Shown: positions 37,660 to 48,873, counted from the first letter of the stretch. The stretch: 64,000 nt of DNA from Candidatus Nomurabacteria bacterium GW2011_GWE1_32_28 (GCA_000989515.1 LBOM01000001.1:61260-125259), one strand, 5' to 3'. Numbers and translations: made by a program. The notes: a model not told the origin generated them from the letters alone.

Positions 37660-39567
37660 ATGTCAAAAATAATAGGAATAGATTTAGGTACTACGAATTC
37701 TGCAGTCGCTTTTATTGAAGGTGGTGTGCCAAAAATAATAGAAAATGTCGAAGGTAATCGTACAACGCCTTCTGTTGTTGCAACAGCAAAAAATGGTGAT
37801 CGTATTGTTGGTCTTCTTGGAAAAAGACAAGCTGTTACAAATCCTGAAAATACAATTTCTGAAATAAAACGTTACATGGGTCATAGATTTGATGATCCAG
37901 AAGTACAAAAAGATAAACCAACAGCTCCTTTTAAAATTGAAGCTGGAGAAGATGGAGGAGTAAAAGTAAAAATGTCAGATAAATTTTTTCGTCCAGAAGA
38001 AATTTCTGCAATGCTTCTACAAAAAATAAAAGCTGATGTTGAAGCTAAATTAGGAGAAAAAATAACAGAAGCAGTTATTACTGTTCCAGCATATTTTAAT
38101 GATGCACAAAGAAAAGCAACAAAAGATGCAGGACAGATAGCAGGTCTTGATGTAAAACGTATTATAAATGAACCGACTGCTGCTGCTCTTGCTTATGGAT
38201 TTAATAAAAAGAAAAATGAAAAAATAGTTGTGTACGATTTTGGTGGAGGAACTTTTGATGTTTCTGTTCTTGAAATTGGTGATGATGTTATTGAAGTTAA
38301 ATCCACTGATGGTGATAGTCATATGGGTGGAGGTGACATTGATCGAAAAGTTATTGCTTGGATTGCGGAAGAATATAAAAAAGAATCAGGCGTTGATGTA
38401 AGAAAAGATCCACTTGCTCATCAAAGATTAAAAGAAGCAGCTGAAAAAGCAAAACATGAGCTTTCTACAACGATTGAAACAGAAATAAATATTCCATTTA
38501 TTACTTCTGATGCAAGTGGTCCAAAACATTTACTTTTAAAAATGTCTCGCGCAACTCTTGAATCTTTAGCGAAAGAATATATAGATCGTTCTATCGAAAT
38601 AACGAAAAGAGCTCTTGAAGCATCTCCATTTAAAATGAATGAGATAAATGAAATTATAATGGTTGGTGGACAAACTAGAATGCCAGCAATAGTGGAAGCA
38701 GTTAAGAATCTTTTTGGGAAAACTCCAAATATGTCCATTAATCCTGATGAAGTTGTGGCTTTAGGTGCTGCTGTGCAAGCAGGAGTGCTTGCTGGAGATG
38801 TTCGTGATGTATTATTATTGGATGTTATACCTCTTTCTCTTGGTATTGAGACACTAGGAGGAGTTGGTACAAAATTAATTGAAAGAAATACAACTATTCC
38901 GGCTTCTAAATCTCAAGTATTTTCGACTGCTGCTGATAATCAAACTTCTGTTGAGATTCACATAGTACAAGGAGAACGTCCTATGGCAACTGATAATAAA
39001 TCTCTCGGACGTTTTATTTTGGACGGAATTCCACCAGCACCTCGAGGTATGCCACAAGTGGAAGTGACCTTTGATATTGATGTAAATGGAATATTAAATG
39101 TTACAGCTAAAGATAAAGCTTCTGGTAAAGCTCAATCAATAAAAATAGAAGCAAGTTCAGGATTAAAAGAAGAAGAAATTAAAAAAATGCAAGAAGATGC
39201 TGAACTTCATGCAGATGAAGATAAAAAGAAAAGAGAAATCGTTGATATAAAAAATACAGCTGAGATAGTTATTTATACTGCAGAAAAATCATTGAAGGAT
39301 AATGAAGCAAAAATTCCATCTGATATTAAAGATAATGTGAATGCAAAGATTACTGCATTGCGTGGAGTAAAAGATGGTGCAGATGCAGATGCTATTAAAA
39401 AAGCTACAGAAGAATTATCTGCTGAAATGTCTAAAATTGGTGAAGCTATGAGTAAAGCTGGAGCTGAGACTCCTCAGGGAGGTGCACCAGAAGAACAAAA
39501 CCAAGAAGTTCGTGATGCTGAATTTAAAGAAGGAGAGAAAACTGAAGAAGAAGATCCAAAAGTATAA
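37660..39567 (+). CDS. dnaK: molecular chaperone DnaK (Hsp70)
   Basis: [23 protein letters not shown] and a C-terminal lid; 635 aa. Confidence 0.95.
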   Translation: MSKIIGIDLGTTNSAVAFIEGGVPKIIENVEGNRTTPSVVATAKNGDRIVGLLGKRQAVTNPENTISEIKRYMGHRFDDPEVQKDKPTAPFKIEAGEDGGVKVKMSDKFFRPEEISAMLLQKIKADVEAKLGEKITEAVITVPAYFNDAQRKATKDAGQIAGLDVKRIINEPTAAALAYGFNKKKNEKIVVYDFGGGTFDVSVLEIGDDVIEVKSTDGDSHMGGGDIDRKVIAWIAEEYKKESGVDVRKDPLAHQRLKEAAEKAKHELSTTIETEINIPFITSDASGPKHLLLKMSRATLESLAKEYIDRSIEITKRALEASPFKMNEINEIIMVGGQTRMPAIVEAVKNLFGKTPNMSINPDEVVALGAAVQAGVLAGDVRDVLLLDVIPLSLGIETLGGVGTKLIERNTTIPASKSQVFSTAADNQTSVEIHIVQGERPMATDNKSLGRFILDGIPPAPRGMPQVEVTFDIDVNGILNVTAKDKASGKAQSIKIEASSGLKEEEIKKMQEDAELHADEDKKKREIVDIKNTAEIVIYTAEKSLKDNEAKIPSDIKDNVNAKITALRGVKDGADADAIKKATEELSAEMSKIGEAMSKAGAETPQGGAPEEQNQEVRDAEFKEGEKTEEEDPKV

Positions 39568-39593
39568 TTTTTTAGCGAACTTGATTTCAAGAC

Positions 39594-39632
39594 AAAACTA
39601 AAAAGCCTCTATCGAGGGGCTTTTTAGTTTTG
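39594..39632 (+). terminator. long hairpin downstream of dnaK
   Basis: CAAAACTAAAAAGCC-TCTATCGAGG-GGCTTTTTAGTTTTG. Confidence 0.55.
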
Positions 39633-39657
39633 TCAATTTCTGGTATAATTTACCTGT

Positions 39658-41799
39658 ATGGATTTGCACGAAATACCAAAAAATAAAGAAATTACATATA
39701 TTGGTAATACTTCTTATAGGGATAAAAATGTTCTTTTTGGAATAAAACGCAAAGATAGGCGTCAACATGTTTATATTCTTGGAAAGTCAGGTACAGGTAA
39801 ATCTGCATTGATGTTTAATATGATTATTCAGAATATAGAAAATGGAGATGGTGTCTGTATGGTTGATCCACATGGGGAAAATGTTGAAGATATTCTTTCT
39901 GCTATTCCTCCTCATCGCATGAAAGATGTTGTTTACTTTAATCCTGCTGATGCTGATTTTCATATTGGATTTAATGTTTTAGAACTCATTGATCCAAAAT
40001 ATAAACATCTAGTGGCTTCTGGATTGATGGGGATTTTTACTAAAATTTGGGCAAATGCATGGAGTGCTCGTATGGAATACATTTTAAATAATGCAATCTT
40101 AGCATTACTTGACACTCCTGGTTCTACGCTTTTAGGTATACCAAGAATGCTTGTAGATAAAGATTATCGTCAGAAAATAATTACCAATTTAAAAGATCCA
40201 GTTATTAAAGCTTTTTGGGTACATGAATACGAGGCTTGGCAAGATAAATTTAGAAATGAAGCCATAGCACCTATTCAAAATAAAGTCGGACAATTCCTCT
40301 CTACTTCTATTATTCGAAATATTGTAGGTCAATCTGTGAGCACTATAAATATTTTTGACATAATGAATGAAGGAAAAATTTTTCTTGTGAATGTTTCTAA
40401 AGGACGTATTGGTGAAGACAACTCGTCACTTTTGGGAGGTATGATCATTACCAAAATTCAACTTGCTGCAATGGAACGTGTACGTATTCCTGAAGATGAA
40501 AGAAAAGATTTTTATCTTTACGTAGACGAATTTCAGAATTTCGTTACTGAAGCTTTTGCTGGTATTCTATCTGAGGCTAGAAAGTATAGATTAAATCTTA
40601 CTGTTGCTCATCAATATACTGCTCAGCTTATTTCAGACAAAAATTCAAGCGTAAGAGATGCTATCTTTGGTAACGTTGGTACTATGATGGTTTTTAGAGT
40701 AGGAGCAGATGATGCAGAATTTTTAGAAAAAGAATTTGAACCAGAGTTTACCCCTCAAGATATTGTAAGTCTGCCAAATTTTAAAATATATTTGAAATTA
40801 ATGATAGATGGTGTATCTTCTCGTCCATTTTCAGCAAAAACTCTTTCACCAATGGTAAAATCTGGCAATAAAGAAATTGAAGAAGAAGTCATTAAGTCTT
40901 CTCGTGATCTTTATTGTAAATCAAAAGAAGAAGTAGAAAGAGAAATAAACGATTGGAGTGGTATGTCTATCGGTGATGATAATAACAATGGTGTTGAGAA
41001 ATTTCCTGCAAGATGTTCTCTTTGTAAAAAAGAGACAACTGTGCCATTTAAACCAGAAGCTGGTAGACCTGTGTATTGTAAAGATTGTATAGCAAAGATA
41101 AAATCAGGTGAAGTTAAGCCCATAAAAGGATCTATGCATCAGATCAAGGAAGATGAATCTAAGTTTTTTCAACCTCTAGCTGATTTAGGTATAGAATTTA
41201 AACAAAAAAATGGAAATGGAAATGTGAACATTGAAAGGTATCCAGAAAGAATTGATAAACCAATAGAAGATCACTTAGTCAAAAAAGTTTTTTCTAAAAA
41301 TACTCCAATTTTAAAACCAAAGATATTTTCTTCAATTAAAAAAGTTTTTACTAAAGCTAAGCCTATTCAAAAAGAGAATTTAGCTCTTAAAGAAATTCTT
41401 AATAAAACTCTTTCAGAAAATAAAATTTTAGATGAAAAAGAGAAAGAAGTAAAAGAAAAAAAAGTAGAACCCACTATTTCTCTTAATGAGTTAAAAAATC
41501 AAAAACCTGAATTAAAAATTAAATTGAATGATAGATCAGCTAGTTCAGAAGAAATGAATAAATTGAAAGATTTTATCTCAGATAAAATAGTACCTATAGA
41601 AGTTGAAACTTCAACTCCTCAGACAAAGGCTGATCAGCCTTTGACTGAAACCCTAACACCAATTCAAGCTCCAATACTAGAACCAGTACAAATAACAGCA
41701 ACTGAACCAGAAAAAAAAGAAGAATCAATTAAGAAGATAGATTCAATAAATAAAGTTAAAGAAGTCCCAGAAGATGTTTTGAGAAAAATCTTGGAATAA
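39658..41799 (+). CDS. soluble FtsK/HerA-superfamily ATPase resembling T4SS coupling proteins (TrwB/TraD/VirD4-like), with C-terminal CxxC-x17-CxxC zinc ribbon and Lys/Glu-rich tail
   Basis: Walker A RRQHVYILGKSGTGKS followed by MVDPHGE, as in the TrwB pattern. Walker [12 protein letters not shown], then ARKYRLNLTVAHQY. No N-terminal TM helices. Zinc ribbon CSLCKKETTVPFKPEAGRPVYCKDC. 713 aa. Confidence 0.55.
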   Translation: MDLHEIPKNKEITYIGNTSYRDKNVLFGIKRKDRRQHVYILGKSGTGKSALMFNMIIQNIENGDGVCMVDPHGENVEDILSAIPPHRMKDVVYFNPADADFHIGFNVLELIDPKYKHLVASGLMGIFTKIWANAWSARMEYILNNAILALLDTPGSTLLGIPRMLVDKDYRQKIITNLKDPVIKAFWVHEYEAWQDKFRNEAIAPIQNKVGQFLSTSIIRNIVGQSVSTINIFDIMNEGKIFLVNVSKGRIGEDNSSLLGGMIITKIQLAAMERVRIPEDERKDFYLYVDEFQNFVTEAFAGILSEARKYRLNLTVAHQYTAQLISDKNSSVRDAIFGNVGTMMVFRVGADDAEFLEKEFEPEFTPQDIVSLPNFKIYLKLMIDGVSSRPFSAKTLSPMVKSGNKEIEEEVIKSSRDLYCKSKEEVEREINDWSGMSIGDDNNNGVEKFPARCSLCKKETTVPFKPEAGRPVYCKDCIAKIKSGEVKPIKGSMHQIKEDESKFFQPLADLGIEFKQKNGNGNVNIERYPERIDKPIEDHLVKKVFSKNTPILKPKIFSSIKKVFTKAKPIQKENLALKEILNKTLSENKILDEKEKEVKEKKVEPTISLNELKNQKPELKIKLNDRSASSEEMNKLKDFISDKIVPIEVETSTPQTKADQPLTETLTPIQAPILEPVQITATEPEKKEESIKKIDSINKVKEVPEDVLRKILE

Positions 41800-41855
41800 G
41801 ACATAAAAATTCTAAGTTTAACTTATTAAAAGAAATAATAAAATAAATCATAAAA

Positions 41856-43343
41856 ATGTCAAAGCCAAATAGGGTTCAAATAATAAAATATGGTCCACCC
41901 CCACCTGAATTACCTGTATTCGGAAAAGTCAGACCTGAAGAGGTTTCTTTTATTGGACGTACAAATTATGTGGCCTCTCTTGAAGAGAAGAAATTTATTT
42001 TTGGTATTAAACGTATAGATCGCAGGCGACATCTTTATATAATTGGTAAATCTGGTGTAGGAAAAACAAAATTAATAGAACTTTTTTTAAGACAAGATAT
42101 TACTTATAATCATGGTTTGTGCCTTATTGACCCGCATGGAGATGTTGTTGATTCGATACTTGATTATATTCCAAAAGAACGTATTGAAGATGTTTGTATA
42201 ATTGATCCTTCTGATGTTGACTTTCCTGTTTCTTTTAATCCTTTAGCTAATGTTGATCCAATGTTTAAATTTCAGTTAACCCAGGGTCTCATAGAGGTAT
42301 TTCAAAAACAATTCGGAGCAAATTGGACACCACGTCTAGAGCACGTTTTTCGTTTTACTTGTCTTGCATTACTTGATTATCCTCATGCCACAATGAGAGG
42401 GATGATTTCTATGTTGACTGATAGAAATTATAGACAGAAAGTAATCGAGTATATTACTGATGATATGGTGAAAAGATTCTTCGCTATTGAATTCGCAGAT
42501 TGGTCTGAGAAATTTGATACAGATGCTATTATTCCACTTGTAAACAAATTAGGACAATTCTTGTCTGATCCATTACTACGAAATATTTTTGGACAGAAGC
42601 AAAATAAAATAGATATGGGTAAGCTTATGAATGAAGGTAAAATAATTCTTATTAATCTTTCAAAGGGGCGTCTTGGAGAGGAGAATTCTTCTTTTCTTGG
42701 TTCTATGTTTTTGACTAAAATAAAACAAGCTGGAATGGAAAGAGCAAGTATCCCTGAAAAAGATCGTACAGATTTTTATCTTTATGTTGATGAGTTTCAA
42801 AACGTAGTTACACAAACATTTGAGAATATTTTATCAGAAGCTAGAAAATATGGATTAAATTTAACCATCGCCCATCAATATGTAGGACAAATTTTACCGA
42901 AAGTTCACCAAGCTGTACTTGGTAATTGCGGTAGTATTATTACTTTTCGTGTTGGAGGAGAAGATGCAGTAAAAATGAAGCCAGAATTTGCTCCAATATT
43001 CGAAGTGAAAGATATGATTAACTTAGCTGTAGGAGAAATATTTGTTAAAATGACTATTGACGGTGAATCCTATGATCCATTTTCAGCTGAGACTTTGAGG
43101 GTTTTGCCACCTACCCATAGATCATATAGAAGTGAAATAATTGAAGCATCTCGTAGAAAGTTCTCAATATCTAAAGATGATGCACAAAAACTTATTATGG
43201 AAGAAGAAGCAACTATTATAAGAAGTACAGAAGAAAAAGCTATAATTGAAGGAAAAGGAAAGAAAAAACCAGATGAAGAAGGCGAAGAGGAAGAAAAAGA
43301 AGAAAAAATTAGTAGTTCTCAAGAAGCTGAACCTATGATATAA
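41856..43343 (+). CDS. second soluble TrwB/VirD4-like FtsK/HerA-superfamily ATPase (paralog), acidic C-terminal tail
   Basis: [19 protein letters not shown]...[32 protein letters not shown]. 495 aa. The stop is 8 nt before the dnaJ start. Confidence 0.55.
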   Translation: MSKPNRVQIIKYGPPPPELPVFGKVRPEEVSFIGRTNYVASLEEKKFIFGIKRIDRRRHLYIIGKSGVGKTKLIELFLRQDITYNHGLCLIDPHGDVVDSILDYIPKERIEDVCIIDPSDVDFPVSFNPLANVDPMFKFQLTQGLIEVFQKQFGANWTPRLEHVFRFTCLALLDYPHATMRGMISMLTDRNYRQKVIEYITDDMVKRFFAIEFADWSEKFDTDAIIPLVNKLGQFLSDPLLRNIFGQKQNKIDMGKLMNEGKIILINLSKGRLGEENSSFLGSMFLTKIKQAGMERASIPEKDRTDFYLYVDEFQNVVTQTFENILSEARKYGLNLTIAHQYVGQILPKVHQAVLGNCGSIITFRVGGEDAVKMKPEFAPIFEVKDMINLAVGEIFVKMTIDGESYDPFSAETLRVLPPTHRSYRSEIIEASRRKFSISKDDAQKLIMEEEATIIRSTEEKAIIEGKGKKKPDEEGEEEEKEEKISSSQEAEPMI

Positions 43344-43350
43344 TACCCTT

Positions 43351-44457
43351 ATGAGTAAAGATTATTATGAAATTTTGGGGGTAAATAAAGGGGCTTCAAA
43401 AGATGAAATCAAAAAGGCTTTTTATAAATTAGCCCATAAATATCACCCTGATAAAAAAGAGGGAGATGAAAAAAAATTCAAACAAGTGAATGAGGCTTAT
43501 CAGATTCTTTCTGATGATTCGAAACGTTCAAAATATGATCAATTTGGGTCTGGTTTTGAAAATATGGGACAAGGAGGATATAGTGGAGCATCACAAGGTG
43601 GTTTCGAAGGATTTGATTTTAGTAATTTTTCTGGGGGATTCCAGAATGGAGCTTCAGATTTTGATTTTGGGAATTTGAATGATATCTTTAGTGATTTTTT
43701 TACAGGTGGAGGAAGAGGAGGAAGAACACAAGCTAGACGTGGGCGAGATATTTCTACCGAAATACAGATTTCTTTTTCTGAGTCAATTTTTGGGACTAAT
43801 AGAAAAATTTTAATTACTAAGACTTCAAACTGTGCTACTTGTAGTGGTTCTGGTGCAAAATCTGGAACTAAGATGGAAACTTGTAAATATTGTAATGGAC
43901 AAGGAAAAGTTCGAGAAGACAAAAGAACTATTTTAGGTACTATTTCAAGTACAAAAATTTGTGAAGAATGTCTAGGCTCTGGCGAAGTACCAAAAGAAAA
44001 ATGTGAAAATTGTAAGGGAAAAGGAGTGTTGCGTCGCGAAGAAGAAATTTCTATAAATATACCAGAAGGGATAAGAGATGGAGAGATGATTAGGATGACA
44101 GGTGGTGGTGAAGCTATTTCAAAAGGAACAGCAGGTGATTTATATATTAAAATAAATGTTGCTTCACATGCAGTGTTTAAAAGAGAAGGTAATGATCTAG
44201 CAATGGATTTAGATTTGAAACTTTCCGATGCATTATTAAGTACGGAATATCCTATAGAAACTCTAGATGGACAAATAAGTGTAAAGATTCCAGAAGGTGT
44301 GTCTATAAATGAAATTCTTCGTGTTAAAGGTAAGGGTGTGCCTTCCTCAAAAAGTAGACGTGGGGATTTGTTGATTAAATTAAAAATTAAACTCCCATCA
44401 AAAATTTCCAAAAAATCTAGAGAAATTATCGAACAACTGAGAAAAGAGGGAATATAA
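43351..44457 (+). CDS. dnaJ: molecular chaperone DnaJ
   Basis: J-domain with HPD (YHPDK), a G/F-rich region, four CxxCxGxG zinc-finger repeats and C-terminal domains. Confidence 0.9.
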   Translation: MSKDYYEILGVNKGASKDEIKKAFYKLAHKYHPDKKEGDEKKFKQVNEAYQILSDDSKRSKYDQFGSGFENMGQGGYSGASQGGFEGFDFSNFSGGFQNGASDFDFGNLNDIFSDFFTGGGRGGRTQARRGRDISTEIQISFSESIFGTNRKILITKTSNCATCSGSGAKSGTKMETCKYCNGQGKVREDKRTILGTISSTKICEECLGSGEVPKEKCENCKGKGVLRREEEISINIPEGIRDGEMIRMTGGGEAISKGTAGDLYIKINVASHAVFKREGNDLAMDLDLKLSDALLSTEYPIETLDGQISVKIPEGVSINEILRVKGKGVPSSKSRRGDLLIKLKIKLPSKISKKSREIIEQLRKEGI

Positions 44458-44462
44458 AAAAT

Positions 44463-45041
44463 ATGTTACCAGAGAATATAATTTATCTTGGAGTTTTAAT
44501 AAATTTATTATTTTCTATTCTATATATAAAAAGTATTATTTATGGAAAAACTAGGCCAAATTTAATTTCTTGGTTTGTTTGGATGTTGGCACCATTTGTT
44601 GGGACATTCTTGGCACTTAAGGCTGGAGCGGGATTTTCTGTTTTAGGTATATTTATGGCTGGTTTTGGTCCCTTTTTAGTTGTAATGGTTTCTTTGTTTA
44701 AAAAAAATGCTTTTTGGAAAATAGAACGATATGATTTAATTTGTGGATTTTTCTCTCTTTTAGCTTTATTACTTTATATAGCTACGAACAATCTTTGGAT
44801 TTCTATTCTTTTTGCGATAATCAGTGATGGATTGGCTGCGGTACCAACAATTATAAAATCTTGGAAATTCCCAGAAACTGAAAGTAGTTCGGTTTATTTA
44901 GGAGGAATCATAAATAATATTGTATCTTTATTAATTATAAAAAACTGGATTTTCTCCATATATTCTTTCAATATTTATTTTATAGTAATAAATATTATTA
45001 TAATATTTGCGATTTTTTACAAAAAGATTCTAAGAAATTAA
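44463..45041 (+). CDS. hypothetical polytopic membrane protein
   Basis: 192 aa with about 6 predicted TM helices. Confidence 0.45.
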   Translation: MLPENIIYLGVLINLLFSILYIKSIIYGKTRPNLISWFVWMLAPFVGTFLALKAGAGFSVLGIFMAGFGPFLVVMVSLFKKNAFWKIERYDLICGFFSLLALLLYIATNNLWISILFAIISDGLAAVPTIIKSWKFPETESSSVYLGGIINNIVSLLIIKNWIFSIYSFNIYFIVINIIIIFAIFYKKILRN

Positions 45042-45917
45042 TTTGTTTTTAAATTTATGAGCCATTATTTTATAACAAATTAAAGCCGCTCCAAATTCTG
45101 TTAGTGCTGACTCTTTTTGTGGTGAGACTTCTACGATGTCAGCTGCTATTAAATTTTTAGTGTTTATAATTTGAGTAATTAAATCTAATCCATAATGCCA
45201 ATCTAATCCTCCTTGTACTGGTGTGCCTGTGCCTGGCATAAAAGAAGGATCAAAACCATCAACATCTAAAGTAATATAAACTTTTTTGGTTTTTATTGAT
45301 TCTAAAATTTTATTTATAGGGGTCTCTTTACCATCACAGCCAAATACTGTTATTGTATTTTTATTATTTTGCCAATATTCATATTCATATTTTGAATATG
45401 TTCTTATTCCGACTTGCACGATAGGGAAGCCGAGTTCATGAACTCTACGCATTACACACGAATGAGCAAATTTATCTTTTTTGTTACTATAATCACTACT
45501 GTCATCTCTTAAATCTTGATGAGCATCTATTTGTAATATTGTTATTTCTTTTGGATTTTCTTTTTTTGAAATTGCTTCTAATGCCCCATAAGATACAGTG
45601 TGTTCTCCTCCGAGCATAATTATAAATTTATGATCATTATATATTTTTTCGTATTGAGTGCTTATTTTTTTTGAAGCTTCTTTTCCACCTATATTTTTTA
45701 AACCTGATATTTCTTTTTTAGCAGTTTTTATTTTTTTTGCTGGTTCACACTTTAAATCAATGTCAAAAAGTTCTAAATAGTTATCTAAGCATTCTATTAT
45801 TTTATTTGGACCTTTTGCCGTCCCGCCTAAAAAAGAAACACTGTGCTCATATGGAGCACTTAATATTACTAAGTCTGCTTCATCTACATTTTTTGTATTT
45901 ATTATTTTATCTATCAT
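45030..45917 (-). CDS. arginase/agmatinase/formiminoglutamase-family hydrolase
   Basis: Mn-binding motifs GGEHTVSYG, IDAHQDLRDD and TLDVDGFDPSFMPGTGTP. Confidence 0.7.
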   Translation of the reverse strand: MIDKIINTKNVDEADLVILSAPYEHSVSFLGGTAKGPNKIIECLDNYLELFDIDLKCEPAKKIKTAKKEISGLKNIGGKEASKKISTQYEKIYNDHKFIIMLGGEHTVSYGALEAISKKENPKEITILQIDAHQDLRDDSSDYSNKKDKFAHSCVMRRVHELGFPIVQVGIRTYSKYEYEYWQNNKNTITVFGCDGKETPINKILESIKTKKVYITLDVDGFDPSFMPGTGTPVQGGLDWHYGLDLITQIINTKNLIAADIVEVSPQKESALTEFGAALICYKIMAHKFKNKLIS

Positions 45918-45960
45918 ATTTGTTTAATATTACTAAATAATTTTATCTTTAGCAAAAAAT

Positions 45961-47316
45961 TTAGATTTTAGAAATTTTTGGTCCCTCGGAAGAATCTTTT
46001 ATTTCGTATCCTAATGAATTTATTTTATTTCTTAATTCATCTGATTTTTTGAAATCTTTATTTTTACGAACCTCTTCTCGTTCTTCAGATAATTTTATTA
46101 TTTCTTCTGGAATTATTTCTTTTTTAACATTTTCAAAATCAAGTCCTAAAACTTTATCAAAATCAAGAATTGTTGCTTTTTTATCAGCAGGGGAAAGATT
46201 AGCATCTTTTACTAAATCCCACAGAAGAGATAAAGCTCTTGGTGTATCTAGATCATCTTCTATGTATTCTTTAAACTTTTGCTGGTATTCTTTACTTATT
46301 TTACCAATATCGTTTCCAAGGTCAATATAGAGCCCATAAAGACGTTTTAACGCTATATCTGAACCCTCTAGTGCTTCCCATACAAAGTTTATTCTAGTTC
46401 TATAATTAGCCATTAAAAGCCAGAATCTATAAGAAATTGGGCTTATTCCCTTATCTTTTATATCTTTTAGAATATAGAAATTATTATATGATTTTGACAT
46501 TTTTTTCTGATCAACAAGAACCCATTCATTATGCATCCAATATTTTACAAATTGTTTTCCTGTAGCACCTTCTGATTGAGCTATTTCATTTTCATGATGT
46601 GGAAATATATTATCAACACCACCTGTATGAATATCTATTTGTTCCCCTAGATTTGTCATAGACATAGCAGAGCATTCTATATGCCAGCCAGGTCGTCCTT
46701 TCCCTAAATCAGTTTTCCAAAAAACATCTCCATCTTTTTTGTCCCATGCTTTCCAAAGTGCAAAATCTTGAATATTGTCTTTTTCATATTCATCTGTTTT
46801 TATTCTTCCAGACGCATTGTCTTTTTGTTTTTCTAAAACAAGGTGAGATAATTTACCATAGTTTTTGAATTTTTTTATATCGAAATAAATGCTATTGTCT
46901 GTACTTTTATAAGCTAAGTTTTTTTCTAATAATTTTTTTATTATATTAACCATTTGATCAATATAATCAGTTGCTTTAGTGAATTTACTTGGTTCTAGGA
47001 GATTTAGACTTTTTAGGTCTTTAAAAAATTCTTCTGTGAAAAATTCTGTAAATTCTTTAAGTGTTTTTCCTTCTTTTTGCGAATTTAAAATAGTTTTATC
47101 ATCTATATCTGTTATATTCATTATTTGTTTTACATTAAAACCTTCATACAGTAAAACACGTTTTAGAATATCTGCAAAAATGTAAGCTCTATAATTTCCA
47201 ATATGAGGATAATTATAAACAGTTGGTCCACAAGAATACATTTTGATTTCTTTTGAATCAATTGGTATGAAATCTTCTTTTTTTCTTGTGAGAGTGTTGT
47301 AAAATCTTAATGACAT
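45961..47316 (-). CDS. cysS: cysteinyl-tRNA synthetase
   Basis: HIGH (PHIGNYRAY), KMSKS and zinc-binding Cys residues. Confidence 0.9.
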   Translation of the reverse strand: MSLRFYNTLTRKKEDFIPIDSKEIKMYSCGPTVYNYPHIGNYRAYIFADILKRVLLYEGFNVKQIMNITDIDDKTILNSQKEGKTLKEFTEFFTEEFFKDLKSLNLLEPSKFTKATDYIDQMVNIIKKLLEKNLAYKSTDNSIYFDIKKFKNYGKLSHLVLEKQKDNASGRIKTDEYEKDNIQDFALWKAWDKKDGDVFWKTDLGKGRPGWHIECSAMSMTNLGEQIDIHTGGVDNIFPHHENEIAQSEGATGKQFVKYWMHNEWVLVDQKKMSKSYNNFYILKDIKDKGISPISYRFWLLMANYRTRINFVWEALEGSDIALKRLYGLYIDLGNDIGKISKEYQQKFKEYIEDDLDTPRALSLLWDLVKDANLSPADKKATILDFDKVLGLDFENVKKEIIPEEIIKLSEEREEVRKNKDFKKSDELRNKINSLGYEIKDSSEGPKISKI

Positions 47317-47327
47317 ATTTTAATTAA

Positions 47328-48383
47328 TTATGAATTGTTTTCTTGATTAAATTCATTTTTATATATTGAAATTAATGTATAGAGTAAACTAATAGAAAGT
47401 GGGCCAATAAGAATGCCTACTGGTCCCAAAAGAGCTATTCCACCCAATACAGAGAATAGAATTAAAAATGGTGGAATATTTATTTTTTTACCAAAAATAA
47501 AAGGAGCTAATAAATTATCAATCATAGCTACCAAAAAAGTAGACCATATTGCTAAACCAATTGCTTCTAATGTATGGCCTGTAGAAAATAAAAAGATTAC
47601 AGATGGTACTGAAATTAATGCAGTTCCTACTGTTGGAACAAGAGATACAATAGCTGCCAAAACACCCCAAAGTGCAGGAGTGGGAACACCAAAGACAGCA
47701 AGTCCAAATCCCATTAGTATACCTTGTATTATAGCTATAAAAATACTTCCTGTTATTACTCCTTTTATGGTTAAAAAAAGTCTTGAGATTATTTTTTGAT
47801 CATCTGTATTCGATAGTGGGCTTAAATTAATTAAAGATTTTTTCCATTCTGTGCCATCTTTTAAAAAATAAAAAATAGAAAGAAGCATCAGGAAAAAAGA
47901 TAACATTGTAGTAAGAGTTGTACTAAATATTTTTGCTATATTGTTTGATAAAAAATAAAGAAAATCTGACACTTTTTGGTTTATGTCAAAAGATATCCCT
48001 TGAGGTAATATTTTATTTATTGAGTTATCTATTGAATCAATAAAAGGTGCGACATTTCCACTATTTGTAATAGTAATATATAAATCTTGAGATTGATTAA
48101 AAACTATTATTCCTATTCCAAACAATGGACCACATATTAATATTGTGAAAAAAAATACGATAAGAAATGAAGAAAGCCAATTGGGAATATGTTTTTGGGT
48201 TAGCCATTTATGTATTGGATGTAAAACTATTGCAAAAGAAGCACCCAATACAAGAACTATCCAAAATGGACTTAAAATAAGAAAACTACCGATGAAAGTT
48301 ATAAATAATATAAGAAAAAAGAAATACCTTTCAATAATTTTTGTTTGCATTATGTATAAAATATGAAATCTTAAGATGTTCAT
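47328..48383 (-). CDS. AI-2E family transporter-like membrane protein (UPF0118)
   Basis: 351 aa with about 8 TM helices and a topology typical of PerM/AI-2E family proteins. Confidence 0.5.
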   Translation of the reverse strand: MNILRFHILYIMQTKIIERYFFFLILFITFIGSFLILSPFWIVLVLGASFAIVLHPIHKWLTQKHIPNWLSSFLIVFFFTILICGPLFGIGIIVFNQSQDLYITITNSGNVAPFIDSIDNSINKILPQGISFDINQKVSDFLYFLSNNIAKIFSTTLTTMLSFFLMLLSIFYFLKDGTEWKKSLINLSPLSNTDDQKIISRLFLTIKGVITGSIFIAIIQGILMGFGLAVFGVPTPALWGVLAAIVSLVPTVGTALISVPSVIFLFSTGHTLEAIGLAIWSTFLVAMIDNLLAPFIFGKKINIPPFLILFSVLGGIALLGPVGILIGPLSISLLYTLISIYKNEFNQENNS

Positions 48384-48491
48384 ATTTAATTTAATTTATA
48401 AAAATCTCGACTTAAATATCATTATAACCTAGATAATAAGTATAGCATAACTAATAAGTTTCTTGTTATATTTATATATCCTTTAAAATAC

Positions 48492-48845
48492 TTGCGTTTT
48501 TGGCTGATTTCGTATAATATGAGTTATATGAAATTTGCAGTTATAAAAACAGGCGGAAAACAGTATAAAGTCTCAAAAGATGAGCTTGTTTCTATTGAAA
48601 AAATAAAAGGGGAATATAAAGTAGGAGATAAGGTTTCTTTTGATAAAATTTTATTAGTTGATGATGGGAAAAATACAACCATAGGAACACCTTATATTTT
48701 AGAAGCAAAAGTAGATGCTGAAATTGTAGAAATTGGACGTACTAGAAAAGTTCTAGTTATGAAATACAAACAGAAATCTCGCTATCTACGCCGTAATGGT
48801 CATCGTCAACCATTTTTTAAAGTAAAGATTTTAGATATAAAATAA
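48492..48845 (+). CDS. rplU: 50S ribosomal protein L21
   Basis: MKFAVIKTGGKQYKVSKDELV. The true start is probably Met13 at 48528; the upstream ORF-track extension is likely artefactual. Confidence 0.85.
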   Translation: MRFWLISYNMSYMKFAVIKTGGKQYKVSKDELVSIEKIKGEYKVGDKVSFDKILLVDDGKNTTIGTPYILEAKVDAEIVEIGRTRKVLVMKYKQKSRYLRRNGHRQPFFKVKILDIK

Positions 48846-48848
48846 AAA

Positions 48849-48873
48849 AACTTCTGAATTAAGAAGTTTTTTT
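48849..48873. terminator. bidirectional terminator between rplU and recR
   Basis: AACTTCT-GAATTA-AGAAGTT flanked by A-run and T-run. Confidence 0.65.

Noticed and set aside
37684-39057. Four minus-strand ORFs inside dnaK
   Set aside because: They are antisense to dnaK and Cys/Phe/Ile-rich artefacts of AT-rich codon usage.
43539-44411. 290-aa ORF on the minus strand opposite dnaJ
   Set aside because: It is entirely antisense to a strongly conserved dnaJ (J-domain, CxxCxGxG repeats). Its Pro/Ser-rich low-complexity translation is typical of an antisense reading of a Gly/Glu-rich gene, and there is no RBS or conserved motif.
47413-48366. Plus-strand ORFs 47413-47799 and 48145-48366
   Set aside because: They are antisense to the AI-2E-like transporter gene, and hydrophobic mirror-image translations of a membrane protein are common false positives.
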